From the NCBI RefSeq assembly GCF_024521635.1, contig NW_026250405.1, positions 868,001-932,000 of the forward strand: 64,000 bases of DNA, read 5' to 3'. The translations under genes and the position numbers were made by a program. The notes under the pieces were generated by a model that was not told the origin of the DNA, made no database searches, and was given only the letters and a program-made list of their open reading frames with translations. Shown here in pieces: positions 1-12,961 of the stretch (position 1 is the stretch's first letter; the number at the start of each line of letters is the position of its first letter). This DNA comes from Tricharina praecox (taxonomy: Eukaryota).

Positions 1-1287
1 CTTCCAGCGGAAGACTTCCCAGTTGCCAGCCAAAGTTCTATTTCCAAGATTCCAAGATTCCAAGCCGCATACTCCCCGCAGGCCATAGGCCCCGTACGGT
101 GCACGGAGTTCGCAAATCCACGATGCCCACGGTACTCCGGCAGCGAACTAGGTACACAACTTCTGCGCAGTGCACAGGGGATCGCACTCAAGGGACGCCA
201 GACCCGCGCCCCCGTGCCCCCCGACTCACGTCGGTAAGTTACCCGCGGGACGCGGGCAGCGGCGTAGTCTTCGTGACCCTAGCCGCCAGCGAATACTTGT
301 TGGTGCGTTGAATGGCCGCGATCATCTAGGTACTCTGCGAACAAAGCCAGCAGGAATATACATCGCACTGCTGCGTTGTCTACGTCGCCAACTGATCCGC
401 CCACGTGCCGTGCGTGCGTGCCAGCCGTGCGTGCCAGCCGTGCGGAATGTAAGACGGCCACGCAGCGCTTAGCATTCTCTCCCCGGCGCCCGCGCGGAAT
501 GCGGTCTGCCAATAGATAACTACCTCTGCCCGGCGGCCCGTGTAGCTGGTCACCCGTTCGGTCCGTTCATTCCAGTCATCCATCCAGCCCGCACACTGTT
601 CGTTATTCAAACTTCAGCCCGTCTCCGCTCTCAACATGGTACTCCGGTGATCGTAGTCAAAGTCTTATCATAATCATTCCGACTCACGATCACATCCCTC
701 AGCCTCAGGCCCTCCAAATGCTAGTAAAATCCAGAAAGAATGTGTGGAATCAATGCCTCATGTACTCTAACGAACGACAGCGCAGTGCACTGAACCCAGA
801 CCAGACGCAATACTCAAAGGATGAATGAGAGTGATAAGAGCAAGTGGTAGGTATGCAAGGTAGGTAGATATCAAACAACGATCCTCAGCGGAACGAACAG
901 TAGAACGAACGACAGAATGAAGGCAGAATGAACGGCGTATGCATAAGCAGGTAGTAATAATCCAAGTAATGCAAATCAATGCAAATCGTACATACTTCAT
1001 ATACAAATCCTACTCAAAGTATCATACCAGTAAATGCCCCCCCAACATGCAAAACCCACCCGATTTCACAAACAATGCCCACAAACGAAGCAAAAAGCGG
1101 AGCAACAGATGAAGCGGTACCAAATAGGCAGGCAAGAAGCGCACACAATTACAAAGATTCCAAAAAACAATGCCCGTCACGAAACCCCGATACCGATATC
1201 CCACTCCCACACTCCCACACATACCCATCGTAGCCCATCCCATCTATCAAATCACATAGGAAAAAATACCTACCTACCTACCCCACA

Positions 1288-4200
1288 TCACGCAAAATCC
1301 AGCACCTCGACATCCTCCTCGAAGAAGCCCTCCTCGCCTCCTCTTCCGCTGACCACATCCAGCTGGAGTCCGTCCATCATGGCGGCCTCCAGCCCATCCT
1401 CTCCCTCCCCACAGAACGTCACGTCGCCGCGGCCCCCCGCATCGCTAAGGAATATCCTTTCCGACTCCATCGGCATGCCGAATACCCACTTTTCCTTTGG
1501 CGCTTGCGGAGCTTCAAAGATGGGCACTGGCTCGTTCAGCGTCACCTCCGCGAGTGTGTCCGATGCTGGCGGGAGGGAAGTCGACTCGGAGGGCTCGAGG
1601 GAGGGATCGGGAGAAGGTGTCTTTTTCGATCCTTTCTTGCCCTTCTTCCCACGCTTCGTGGTGGTGTCGGTTTCCCAGTTGGGTGGGGTGACGGACAGCA
1701 TTGATGATGGCTGCGTTGCCGAAGGGAGGAACTTTATCCCCGGTGGACGGATCTGTTTCTGATATGTGGGGGGATCGTAGACAAACATCTTTACGCGGCG
1801 CTCTTGATGCCAGGGGATAAACGCGCTGTTCGTCTCGATCTCGGCCCAGGCCAGTGGCGTCTTCCAGAATCCTTCAGCATTGTTGTTTTCTTCATCCGTA
1901 CCGCGGCCCCAGTGCGAGCGGAACGCCCAATATCCGCCTGCCTTGCCGTCGGATGGTTCGGCAAAAGTATGCTCGGATGTGGCTGGGACGTTGGGTAGAT
2001 CGTATTCCCACCAGTTGCCGGATGCTACCCCACCAATTTTGGAGCCTTTCTTGCCCGAGCCGCCGGGGCGGAGCTCGTAGATGCGGAGCAGGCCACCGCC
2101 GATAACCGCCACGTAGCCGCGCTCCTTGGCCGTCAGGAATTTGACGCAGCCAGGTGATACGCCGGATGCCGACGGCGGAAGAGGTATCTTATTACCGCCA
2201 GCCGGTGGGTCGTTGGGAGAAGTGCCTGGTGCACCGGAAGTTCGACGGCCGACGGATGGTGAGCCGAACATGCCGCCCGGTGAGCCAACGGAAGAACTCC
2301 TGCTCCTCCTTCGTCGGGCGGCGGTCAAGAGTGGACGAGTGGAACTGTTAAACAGATCGACCGCATTCGACACGACGGCCCCAGCAGCGGTAGTCTGACT
2401 GTTCGCAGCTGTAGACGACGGGGGAGGTCGGCGCGGAGGCGGCCACTGAAGCGCGGCATAAGGCAAATCGTAGAAATGTGCTGTTCCCTTCTCAGTGATC
2501 ACCGCAATCTTCTCTCCTCGAGGCGAAGACCAATCGACATCCACGATCGTAGCGACAGTCATACGAGTGAAGCGAGCAATCTGCCTGACATGTCGTCCCT
2601 GGGTATCGGGACCAGATGCTCCTCCACTCGTATCCAAAGTTCCCGGCATTGAGGCAGAGCGTTGATGGTTGAGAGATCCGGGTGGGTGATGCACAACCTT
2701 CAGCATGTCCCAAACGAACAGGATATCGCCCTTCGAGCTAGCAGTGAGCAACGACAGCCCTCCGGGTGAAAAACTCAAAAAACTGACACCAGCTGGCGGC
2801 AAGAACGTAGCCAGGGGAAGTCCATTCTCCTGCTTGGAATTTTTGTGAAGATCGACGATGCTAACCAACCGCGGTTCATGCACATATTGCACCTGTACCG
2901 GCTGCTGCTGGAACTGCTGCTGTTGTTGAAACTGCTGCTGTGGTGATCCGCCCATCTGCTGTAGCTGTCGGAGCTGCTGTCCCAGTCCACTGGGTTGCTG
3001 GGGATTTCCAATCTGTGCAATCTGCATACCATTCGGCTGTGGCACGCCCATTCCACTGGGCATCTGGTGTGGCAACGGCGGCGAGTTTCCGCCCACTGCA
3101 CCGCCGTTCATGTAGCTCTGGAACTTTTTGAAACCAGCGTCGGCGGCCCATTTCGCGCCTCGGATCACCTCCTGCGTTACTTCTCGGGCCATCCTGTTTA
3201 GGAATGCCTCGTCCTCGAGTGAGCAGGCAGCGGAGATGGGAGGCTGGGATGGAGGTGCCGGTGCCATCACGGCGTGGGAGGTGATCGGAACGCCAACTTG
3301 CCCGCCCGCAGTGAGAGTTCCCGTGGAAGCGGGGCAGTATGCGAGCCATCGGCCAGACAAGGAAAACACCGGTGTTCCAATGGACGGAAAGCCCAATCCC
3401 AGGCCCATAATGCCGTCCGTCGACGCGTTCTGTCCGTGAGGGAATTGGACCGAAGTCCACACCTTATCCGAGCACTTCCACTCCGCCTTTTCCTGGTTCG
3501 GGCTCCCTCCCCTCTTTGCACCGCCGCTTCCGCCGCTTCCGCCGCTCGGACTGGCTTCTAAGCTAAACACGTAAACCTCACCGCTGGAGCCGACTCCCAC
3601 AACGATCTTATCTCCGGTGACTTGCACGCGGAGGTTTCCCCAGACCAGAGGCGGTGCGAAATTGCCGAATCCCAGATCGGCAGTGGGAATGGGCGGACTG
3701 GTGAGGAGCTTACACAGTCTTGTCCTCGTGGTCAAACTCCAGACCTCGACGGTAGTCTGCCAGTCCGTCACCGTATCGCCGTCCTGCGAGCTCCGATGAG
3801 AGTTGGAAGTTTCCGGCCGAGATGGAGGGGAGGAAGAATACGGTGACTCAGAGAGTGGTGCTGCCGCCGCCGTCTCGTGATCGGCGTCGCTACCTGGTCC
3901 CTGTATGATTGGCGAGTGGACGGTCAAGCAGATCAGGGGCCTGTGAGCAGCCAGCGGGTCGTTGAACGGCGGATTCGGAAGGATCTGCGAAGATGACTCT
4001 TAGCAACTTATTTCGGACCTCGACACGTGTTCCGCCCCCAGATCATGTGCTGTATTTACCTTTGCACTCTTGACGCTGCCTCGCAGGCCCTCGAGTCTCC
4101 CGACCTGCTCGACCGCGCCCCGTCCGATCCGCCAGATATCTACACCCCCATCCCAGCCGAGACAGACTACATTGTCGCCGCCTCCACCACTTCCACCGCT

Positions 4201-4761
4201 TCCGCCGGCAAACCGAGGGTTGCCGCCCGACAATCCAAGTTCATCTACTGTAGCAAGTTCGCATGCGTAGTCGCCCTCTCCGGCCTGCAAATGGGTGACT
4301 CCATTCAATGGTACGCCCGCCGAGCGTTGAGTAGGAGCGTAGAAGTTGTTGTTGTTTGTGCCCGCGGTACCATAGTACTGTTCCTCGAACCCTGGATAAC
4401 CCCTAACCTGCCGCGATGAACTGAAGCCTCCTCCTCCTCCTCCCCCAGACGAATACGATGCTGGAGCACTCGGTGGTGGTGAGGGACCTCCACTAAGACC
4501 TACGCCACCAGATTGCGACCCGAGACTATTCGGAGCTCCTGAAGACGGAGAAGAACCGACACGGAACGACGAGAACGGGATCGAGCGACCTAGTAGATCG
4601 CTTGGATTCTGTAGAGCGGAAAGGAGGGGAGATGTAGTGTTTGAAGGGTGCGGAGATCTTTGGTTCCGTATATTACTATGACTCATAAGACGACGCGTCA
4701 GTCTAGGTCTACAAACTGGTGGAGGATCTGCTGAGCAGATGTATATAGTATTTAGGCGCAT
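1288..4761 (-). CDS. BCAS3/Atg18-like WD40 beta-propeller protein (2 exons; intron 3985-4059; start at 4761 or 4686 uncertain)
   Basis: ORFs 4000-4761 and 1288-3927 join in frame through GTAAAT...GCTAAG...CAG (KSAK|ILPNPPFNDP). Motifs FSLSGRWLAY, LSFSPGGLSLLTASSKG, RMTVATIVDVDWS...GTAHFYDL and LAWAEIETN resemble the BCAS3/PROPPIN-related family. Confidence 0.75.
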
Positions 4762-7700
4762 GTCTGTTGGATTGGTGGGGGGTGGGGAGGGTATCTAGAG
4801 GGAAAGGGGGTGGGGCAAGAGCTGGAGAATGCGGGGCAGGGCGGGAAGGGGGCCGATGAGTATATATGGGGCTATGACTCAAGACGGCTGGCAGAAGCTC
4901 ATGAGCAAACATGAGAAAGCTCCCGTATTGGAAGGGAGTGGATAGAATGGGAGGGACGGGGAGGCAGGGTGCACGGACTATTCCCTAGGATATATTCTTG
5001 GTCTAGACGTTGCGAAAGCAGCTCCAGCTATAGCACCGGAAGTGGTATTGGAGTTCGTGCTGTTGTTCTGAGTGGTCAGGGCGCCGGATACGGAGACAGA
5101 CGACGGCAGCGAGTCTCTAGCTTGACGGGAGTTCCTGTAATGATCGAAGGCGGGCATGCAGTCAACGGGACGGGAGAGGGTTTGTTTGAGTTCTGGCAAG
5201 ACCCTTCTCTTCTTCTCTCTCTTTCAAGCTCTCCGTCCCTTCGAGCTTGCTTTCTGTGAAAAGCGAGTACGTGCGGGATGGAGAGAGCAGTAGGAGGATC
5301 GGAGACGAGCTTCTGGCGACGTTTGCTCTGGGCTAGTTTCTTTTGCTTTCTCTGATTTCTCTGCTTTAGAGCAGGAAGTTTGGTCTGGGACGGTGGGAGG
5401 AAACAAGGTGGTGTGTAGAGTTTGTGGAGACGCCGACGGCGCGGGTTGGTTCGTGTGTCTGGTATGGAGGTTATCCGATTTGGGGGGATGAGTATTGATT
5501 GCGATGCGATAGCTGCGATACGATCAACGATCGGGAGGGGGGGTGGTATGCGGTGATATTCTGTTGAGATGGTTGAATTCTGAACGTCTGGTTGCTTTTT
5601 GGTATGTGTATGTAGAAGAAGGTTCAGGAGAGAAGCAGCAGGAGGTTTAGTTTTTGGGGGTGGCAGTTGGGAGGGAGGGATGAGCTCCAGAGGGCAAAGC
5701 GGGGGGTGTGATGGAAGGGTGCCGGGGGGTGGGAGCTGTCGAGTGGAGATTGGCGTAGTAGCCACGAGTAGTGGTACAAGCAGTAGCTAGCGTTCGGGAT
5801 AGAGAGGCGCACCGGTTCAGTTGTGAGGTGGGGGACCGAGCAACAATAGGAAGAAATGCGGGCGGCACACACGGGTGTGGTTGGCTATTGTGATTGTATG
5901 TAGAATAGTAGAGAAGGTAGACATGTTGCTTGACACCTTCTACGTCCTATTCTGCTAGAGCAGTTAGGAGTTCAGTTATCTACATGCTAGTTATTGCCAC
6001 TACAGTACATCAGCAAGCTGTATGTAGAAGTACGAAGATAGATACCGCAGCGACGAACTCGGTCGCGGGTCATGATCGTATGTAGTCGTGGTCGCGGGCG
6101 CAGGCACAGCAGACCGGCAGCAAGGCACGCAGGCACGTTCCATACAGCCTGCCGAAGCCTTACGAGCCACGAGATGGAGTGAGATAGAGTAGATACTCCA
6201 GAGTGCGTTTTCTGCCAGCTTCGATGAGCAGCTACATACCTTACCGGGTGGATGCAGCAGGAACAGCCCCGCCCCACTGCCATTCGATGATGACCACCAC
6301 CACCACCCACCATCACCACGCACGAACCAATACCTACCACCCACACCTTGGTTGATCTTGCGATGATGTGATGCAGACGTGCTTTCTTCTCGTCGGGTCA
6401 CGAGAAGCCCTATCTCTGTGTCCCAGCGTGCCCATGTACTCTATGTACTCACTTGTACTGTACATACCACTAATCTCTCCCACGTTCCAACCTCCGACAA
6501 CCACAGCTGCCCACAGATAACCGTGGCCCGGCGCGCGTAGGACCGGGTTGGTATCCAAGGTATCTAAGAGCAGAGTAAATAGGGTAGATCGTATTCTATG
6601 TATGTACGAGTGCTTCTTTCGGGGAAGATATGATAGATAGCTCCTGAATCCTCGAGTCTCTAAATCGCGCGGCTAAGCTCTCTGCGGTGAATCCATCCTT
6701 CCATCCCCCTTTCCTTTCGGAGGTCCCCCATTCCCGAATCCTGATTGCGCTCCTTCAAAGTTCACAGCGAACATTCTCTACCATTCTATGATAGTACCAC
6801 ATTCCAGCCAGCAACGTGCTCTCTCGAGCGTTCGCGCAAGATTGTGGCTCGTGAGGCTGGCGAGCTGGCGAGCTGGCACTAATCACTCTGGACTCTGGAG
6901 CCTAGAGACCAAACAGGGGCCCCGGCCACCTCGTGATGTCGGCTACTTCCGAGATGAGCGACTTCCAACATCACAAGACTGGAATGTGCGCTGAGCCACA
7001 GGGAATGTGGCCGTGCAGAGCGGAGCGGATCATGCTTCCAAATTCCCAGCCTCCCGCGCTTCCGGTGATGGCCTGCGGCGTGTTTGCCGCTGCCGGGTGA
7101 GTGAGTTTCCATAGGTGGTGGCCGCAGTCAAACTGTGCGGAAACCCTTGCTACTCGAACTATGGATAGCATGAGCAGTGAGGATTTTGATTGGCCCCCGC
7201 TGGCAAGACCTCAGCTGATCCTCTTATATCCATACGGTATCGTACCTACATCCCCAAACAGCGACGACAACAACCATCACGACAACAACCAGATCAAAAC
7301 AGACAAGCAGACTTAATCATGCACCAAGATCTCACTCTTCGGCCAAGTTAACTAGCATATTGCGTCGCCGCATCATCCAAGTTCCTCAAGCTCGAGGAGA
7401 ACCGTCCCGTGTCGTCACTCGTGTTCGCAATATCCTACACTCCCATTCTATTCCACTCTAGCAACTTTCCGGACAGCTCAACAACTTCCTCCGGCTCGCC
7501 AGTACATACATACCGTCGTGAGATGATTCTTCTGGCTGGCTGGCAGCCTGGCTGGCGTCATGTCCAAATTCCACCATCTCATTCCGATTGCGGCACTTGT
7601 AGTGCGCAATTGAGGGGACGAGCTGGGCACTTCCACTTCCACTGGCGGATGGATCATCGCACCATCTACCGTATGTATTGGTGAATTTCATGGACTCCTC

Positions 7701-8390
7701 AAATTTCAATGTCATAGCTGGACCACGGCAAGAATCAAGTGCACAACGGTCAAGTTTCAACTGCCATCGACGGAACGGGCACCCGATCCAGTCCCCGGAC
7801 TGTGATTCGGTGATGATTGATTCTCAAGTCTCAAGAGGACCAGAGGCAGCCGTTTTGAACCCCACGGGGTTGTGTGACGCACTGACGCTCCTCGATCTGT
7901 GACTGATGCTAATGCTCGGGGCGAAAGTGCCAGTGCCAGTGCCGGGCATGGACATGGACAAAACGTCTGCAGGTTCAAGACTTCAAGTGCATGACCGGAT
8001 CCGATCCGACTGCCCATGTTCCCGATATGTACGATTTGGCATGCGGCTTCAGCCTTCAGGTTGGGGACGATTTTCGTACTTGGTGGACGTGAGGGGTGAG
8101 GATGGGTGCAACTGGATCGGATCGAGAGGGAGGACTCACGCTCACCGCTCGGAACACATTCTGTCATGGCCTCGACTTTTTGGCCGGTTTGTTGGGTTGG
8201 GTTGGGAAATAGGTACGGTAGGTATGGTACTCAGATGAAGCTTGAGGATCGATCCCGCGAGGAAGAAAATGTGCTGAGTACATAATCTTTGACCTTGGGG
8301 TACGCAAACACCGGTAGGTATACTACGAAACCAACCTTGACCACAGCCCCAAAGCCTGAAGGAGCGGCGAAGCATAACCTTCGAGAAAAG

Positions 8391-8802
8391 TTATGTAGCA
8401 ATATTCTTATCCGAATAGCGGACTCAGGATCGTCGTGTGTACTCGTCCACGTACACATATGGTACACCACATACCAAGTTCCTTTATTCGGACAGATTAC
8501 TCTAGGCGGCCGATTACCGCAGTTGCGGTCGAACACGACTATCCGGCGGCAAATCGAGCAAAAATACGGTACCGGGTGAACGCCTCGCACGAAACGTTAT
8601 GTAGCAATATTCTTATCCGAATAGCGAACTCAGAATTGCCATGTGCACTCGTCCACGTACACATATGGTACACCACATACCAAGTTCCTTTATTCGGACA
8701 GATTACTCTAGGCAGCCGATTACGATACCTACGAGCAGTTACGGTCGAATACGCTTGTTGGCGGCAAACGAGCAAATAAGATACCGGGCCAACGCCTCGC
8801 AT
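8391..8802. repeat. Tandem duplication, two copies of a ~206-bp unit
   Basis: TTATGTAGCAATATTCTTATCCGAATAGCG starts at 8391 and again at 8597. Both copies share a long identical core (ACTCGTCCACGTACACATATGG...GATTACTCTAGGC) and end in AACGCCTCGCA. Confidence 0.95.
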
Positions 8803-10167
8803 CTGCTTCACGGCGAACTCCAGAGGCCGACCTTGTTCTGTTCTGTTCTACCGTCCACGGCAAGAATTTAGAAAGAAAGAAAGCCTTCCAATTTCATCGG
8901 CTCGTGTGCATAGCACGGCATGGCATGCGCTGCATACAAATTGCCTCATCTTCCCACCTTCTCTGTCAGCAACACAGACGCCCCCCGCACATGTCCACGA
9001 ATAGATACGGGCGTTGGGCAGAACGTTAAACGGCCTACGTAGGAGGTATGTACTCTAGTACGGGACCACGAAATTCTGCTGTCTGAAGACCCGCGTGGGT
9101 ATGTATACTATAGTACAATACGTGTCTGCGTAGATAAGGCTGATCTGATACCTACCCCATCGTGGTTTAATTTCAGTTCGAAGGGGGGTGGGTACACGAC
9201 CCCACCGACCGTGGGAATAAATGTGGACCACACTGTCTCGGTCTCTCGGTTGTCTTCGGCGGGGATTACGCTCGAGTCGGGCCGACTATGTACTGGGTAT
9301 AGGACGGAAGGCAGTGGTTAGGTGGTCCGCTACGTAGTTGGTCACATGGCCCTGGGAATAGGGCGCAACAGAACAGCTTGGCACTGTGTGGCTGGTGATG
9401 CGGAGGTGGCGGTGAAAACATGTAGATACCCGTGGAAAGATTCGGCAGAGTTGGGAACGCTGGTGTCGACTGCTCGGATGGATACCGTACCAGGCCGAAG
9501 GGAAGAGGCCCTACACTATTAGTAACTAATCCTTCCTGAGCAGCGCCGGCTCGTTTTCGCAGAATGGTCTCTCGCTCCACACATGCGGCTAAGGCACTTT
9601 GCGGGGCGGGAAGCACTGACACTACCAGAAGAGCTCCACTTCTTCCGCGACGAAAGACGCTCGGATACGGTTATTGGGGTGTATCCAACCCGTGTATGTG
9701 TGTAAAAGCAAAGTTGCAATCCGTCTTGAATGGACTGGACGAGTGATCTAGAGTTCATTGTTGGTCTTCTAACGCGAGAAACTCAAACGGTCGCCAGCTT
9801 GTTGAATGCATCACCCCTCTCATCGCCACAACCATTCCAACCCAACCTCTAATAACCTTCTCTCCTCCTCCTCCTACTCCTCCTGATCCTCCTCATACTC
9901 GATCTACGCCGTTGCCGCCGCCTTCGCAGCTTCGCGCTTCCCGCTTCTCCCACCTCACTGGCTTGCCGTGTCATCCTCCCCCCCCCCGCTTTATACAGTC
10001 CACTACGCGCATCCTTTTCCTCCCTAGAGCACTACTCCCCCCCACCTACCCCCCCCTCCGCCCAATTCCGATGCTCAGCCCTGCAACGTGAACGAAACAC
10101 GACAATAACCCCGCCAAAGAATCCCGGCAATCTACAAGCACCGGAAGCTACCACCCACCAGAAAAGC

Positions 10168-12330
10168 ATGGCCGCCCCAACTACCAGCAGCTCCTGCGGC
10201 TGGTTCATCCTCAACAACCACATCATCCTAGAATCCATCATCACTTTCCTTCCCGAATTGCGCGACATCACCGCTCTCGCTTGTGTCTCCAGCAGCGTCA
10301 GCTTCCACATAAAGCATGTCTTCCCTTTCGCCGCGCGCAGGCTATCCTATCGCACCATCCCAAGCTCCACCGACAAGACCGTGCTCGGCTTGTTCGACAC
10401 CTTCCTGCAGTACGGAAGGGGATCGCGACAGCGGAAAGATCTTAAGGCCGATGGCGGCACTATCATGATTGGCGGCGGTGCACCTGGCGCTCCCTTCACG
10501 GGATCGTGGCGCAACCTGCGACATGTCGACCTGTCGGGTACGGATGTCACTACGCGGACCGTCATGGTCTTGCTCGCGGCCACCTGCGGCTGCAGGATAC
10601 CAGGCATGCGACCGCCCTTCAGAAAGGAGTGGGGGTTCCTGGTGGCGGACGACTCTGCCGGTGCCAGTTTGTTGAACGACCAGGGACTGAGGTTGAGGTC
10701 GTTGTCTGTCCAGAACTGCCGCAAAGTGTGGATACCAGATCTTGTGAACTTCCTCAGGAAAGTGCTCACTGCCGCAACTCGTCCGGCCAAGCACAGGGTC
10801 GGTACCCTTCAAGTCACCACTCCCCACCCCGCCAGTCAAAACTACTATTGCTGACGGTCCATCTTATTGGTTTTCTTGTAGATGAACCAAGCGAACATAG
10901 CTGCGAACAATACCGCGAATGGCAACAACAACGTCAACGCCAACCTGCTCGGTGGCAATAATGGCAACCTTATCGCCAACGTCTTCGGTGGTGGCGGCGC
11001 CATGAACAACGTCCTTGGTCCTCCTTTCCTTATGAACCCAGCCGGCGGCGGAGGAGGAGGAGGCGGAGGCGGTATCGTGGGTCAGAACAATCACAACGGC
11101 AATGGCAATGGCAATGGAAACAACGACGGACGAGCGCCTCTTACCGAAGCCCTTCAGAATTTGGGTCTCAGTGATGATGACATCCATGCCATACCTGGTC
11201 CGCTACCCAATTGCGCTACCGAATTGCGACAATTCGGACTACCAGCCTTCTCACTACGCAAGCTGAAGGTTGCTGGTGCGGGAGGTATGGGGTTGAAGTC
11301 TGTTGACGATTCCGTGACCTTTCGGAGCTTAGCATCTCTAGCCACGGTCACCGGATGTCTGGGTATTTCTCTGGACGTCGTCTTCTGCCAGGGTGCTAAG
11401 TGCGCGTATGGTATCGAGGTCGACACCGAGGATCAGGACTTTGTTGGCCAACATCATCGCGACACCTACCATCGCCCGCTGCCACACATGCCCGGAGAGC
11501 GCATCTTCGCGGACAAAACGGGCCGCGTGTTCCGCATTCCCAAGCACTGCATTCGCGAGGAAGACCCAGCCCCGGCGGCCCAGATCCCACCACCAGCAGC
11601 GCAGAACACCACTGTCCCACTCCCACTCCCACTCCTGCCGCACGCCAACGCCATTGCCGGTCCGGCGGCAATACCGCCCACAACAGCGGCCGCAGCGATC
11701 CAACCGGCACAAACAGACAATCAGCAGAACGTATTCATCCTAGGTCTGATGCAAACCCTTGACAATAACCCTCCCCCCCCCACGCCTACAGACCCAACAG
11801 CGCCTACGTTCCCAGCCGCGCCTCCGCTTCAACCAGCGCCCGCGTTAGCGGCTACAGCCCCTCCGCCGGACTCGACACAGCAGATCCCACTTGCCGTCCC
11901 CGCGCCCGTTCCCGCCGCCGACCCCGCCGCCGACCAGCAGGACCCGATGCAAACACCGGCTCTTCCCCCACTTCTCCCACCCGTCGCCCCCAACAGTCTT
12001 TCCGCTCCTCACAACCCACCCGCCTTCTTCCAACCCCAGGCTCCAAACCTGCGAGAGATCCTTCCTCCGCCGTCGGACGAAGACCGGAATCCGCGCCGCC
12101 GCATCGCGATGAAAGGCGGTCCGCGCGGCCTCTGTGAAGGTTGCGGCCGAGAGCTCTGGCTCTGCCAGAGCTGCAACAACTTCTGGGTGCTGTACTGTGG
12201 GGGCTGCGCTGCTAAGGCTGTCGATGTCAATGGAGAAGCGGACGCCGCCGTCGCTGCTGACCCTGACGCTACTGACGTGGCTGACGTGGATGACGACCTC
12301 GACGGCTCCGATTACGAGCCCGTATTATGA
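10168..12330 (+). CDS. Hypothetical F-box/LRR-like protein with C-terminal CxxC cluster (intron 10798-10881)
   Basis: N-terminal ILNNHIILESIITFLPELRDITALACVS is F-box-like; LRHVDLSGTDVT and LRSLSVQNCRKV are LRR-like. A phase-0 intron GTCGGT...GCTGAC...TAG joins it to ORF 10882-12330, which has CEGC-x6-CQSC-x7-CGGC near its end. Confidence 0.65.
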
Positions 12331-12888
12331 TCGAAACCGGAAATGGGCATGGCGATGGGATCTAATGCGGGAGTTTCCGTGATAATTGATGATGTGTTCG
12401 CCATTCTACCTACCTAGTACCTAGTAACTACTTCTTTACATGTCAAAGTTTTACTCACCTACCAAATACTCATCCTGGTTTTTTTTTACTGCTGGACGTT
12501 CTGTGTTTCTGTGTTTCGTTTTTTTGCTTTTTCGGTTTCGTTTCCGCTCTACATACGCAACTACTACCTACCTACTACCTACGCACGAACAAGTTTGGGG
12601 ATTGGGCTTGGATTTGCTCTGCTTTGCTTATTCTTTTTTCTTTTTCTTTTCTTTTCTTCTTTTTGCTTGGGGTTGGCTTGGGATGGCATGGGGATGGCAT
12701 GGCATGGCATAAGAGAATGGCGATGATGTCTTGAAGTACACACTACATAGTACGCAGAGTACATGTACTTCTACTTCTACTGTATCTAAACATGACTGGA
12801 TTGCACTGGACTGGACTGCACTGCACTGCACTGGACCGGATTGAAGGGGCACAGGGAGAAGGGGAGAATGGCATTTTGCTTTCAGGCG

Positions 12889-12961
12889 TTGGACTTGGAC
12901 TTGGAACTGGGACTTGCGGACTTGGAACTGGACTTGGACTTGAAGATGGACTTGGACTTGA
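12889..12961. repeat. (GGACTT/GGAACT)n hexamer microsatellite within a microsatellite-rich intergenic tract
   Basis: Directly visible imperfect GGACTT repeats, with neighbouring (CTGCA)n, (GGCAT)n and (GGCAGT)n runs. Confidence 0.85.

Noticed and set aside
4978..5765. ORFs upstream of the BCAS3-like gene as extra 5' exons or an edited (TAG to TGG) read-through
   Set aside because: Read-through of the TAG at 4978 meets another stop soon after, and no convincing splice path to the main ORF was found.
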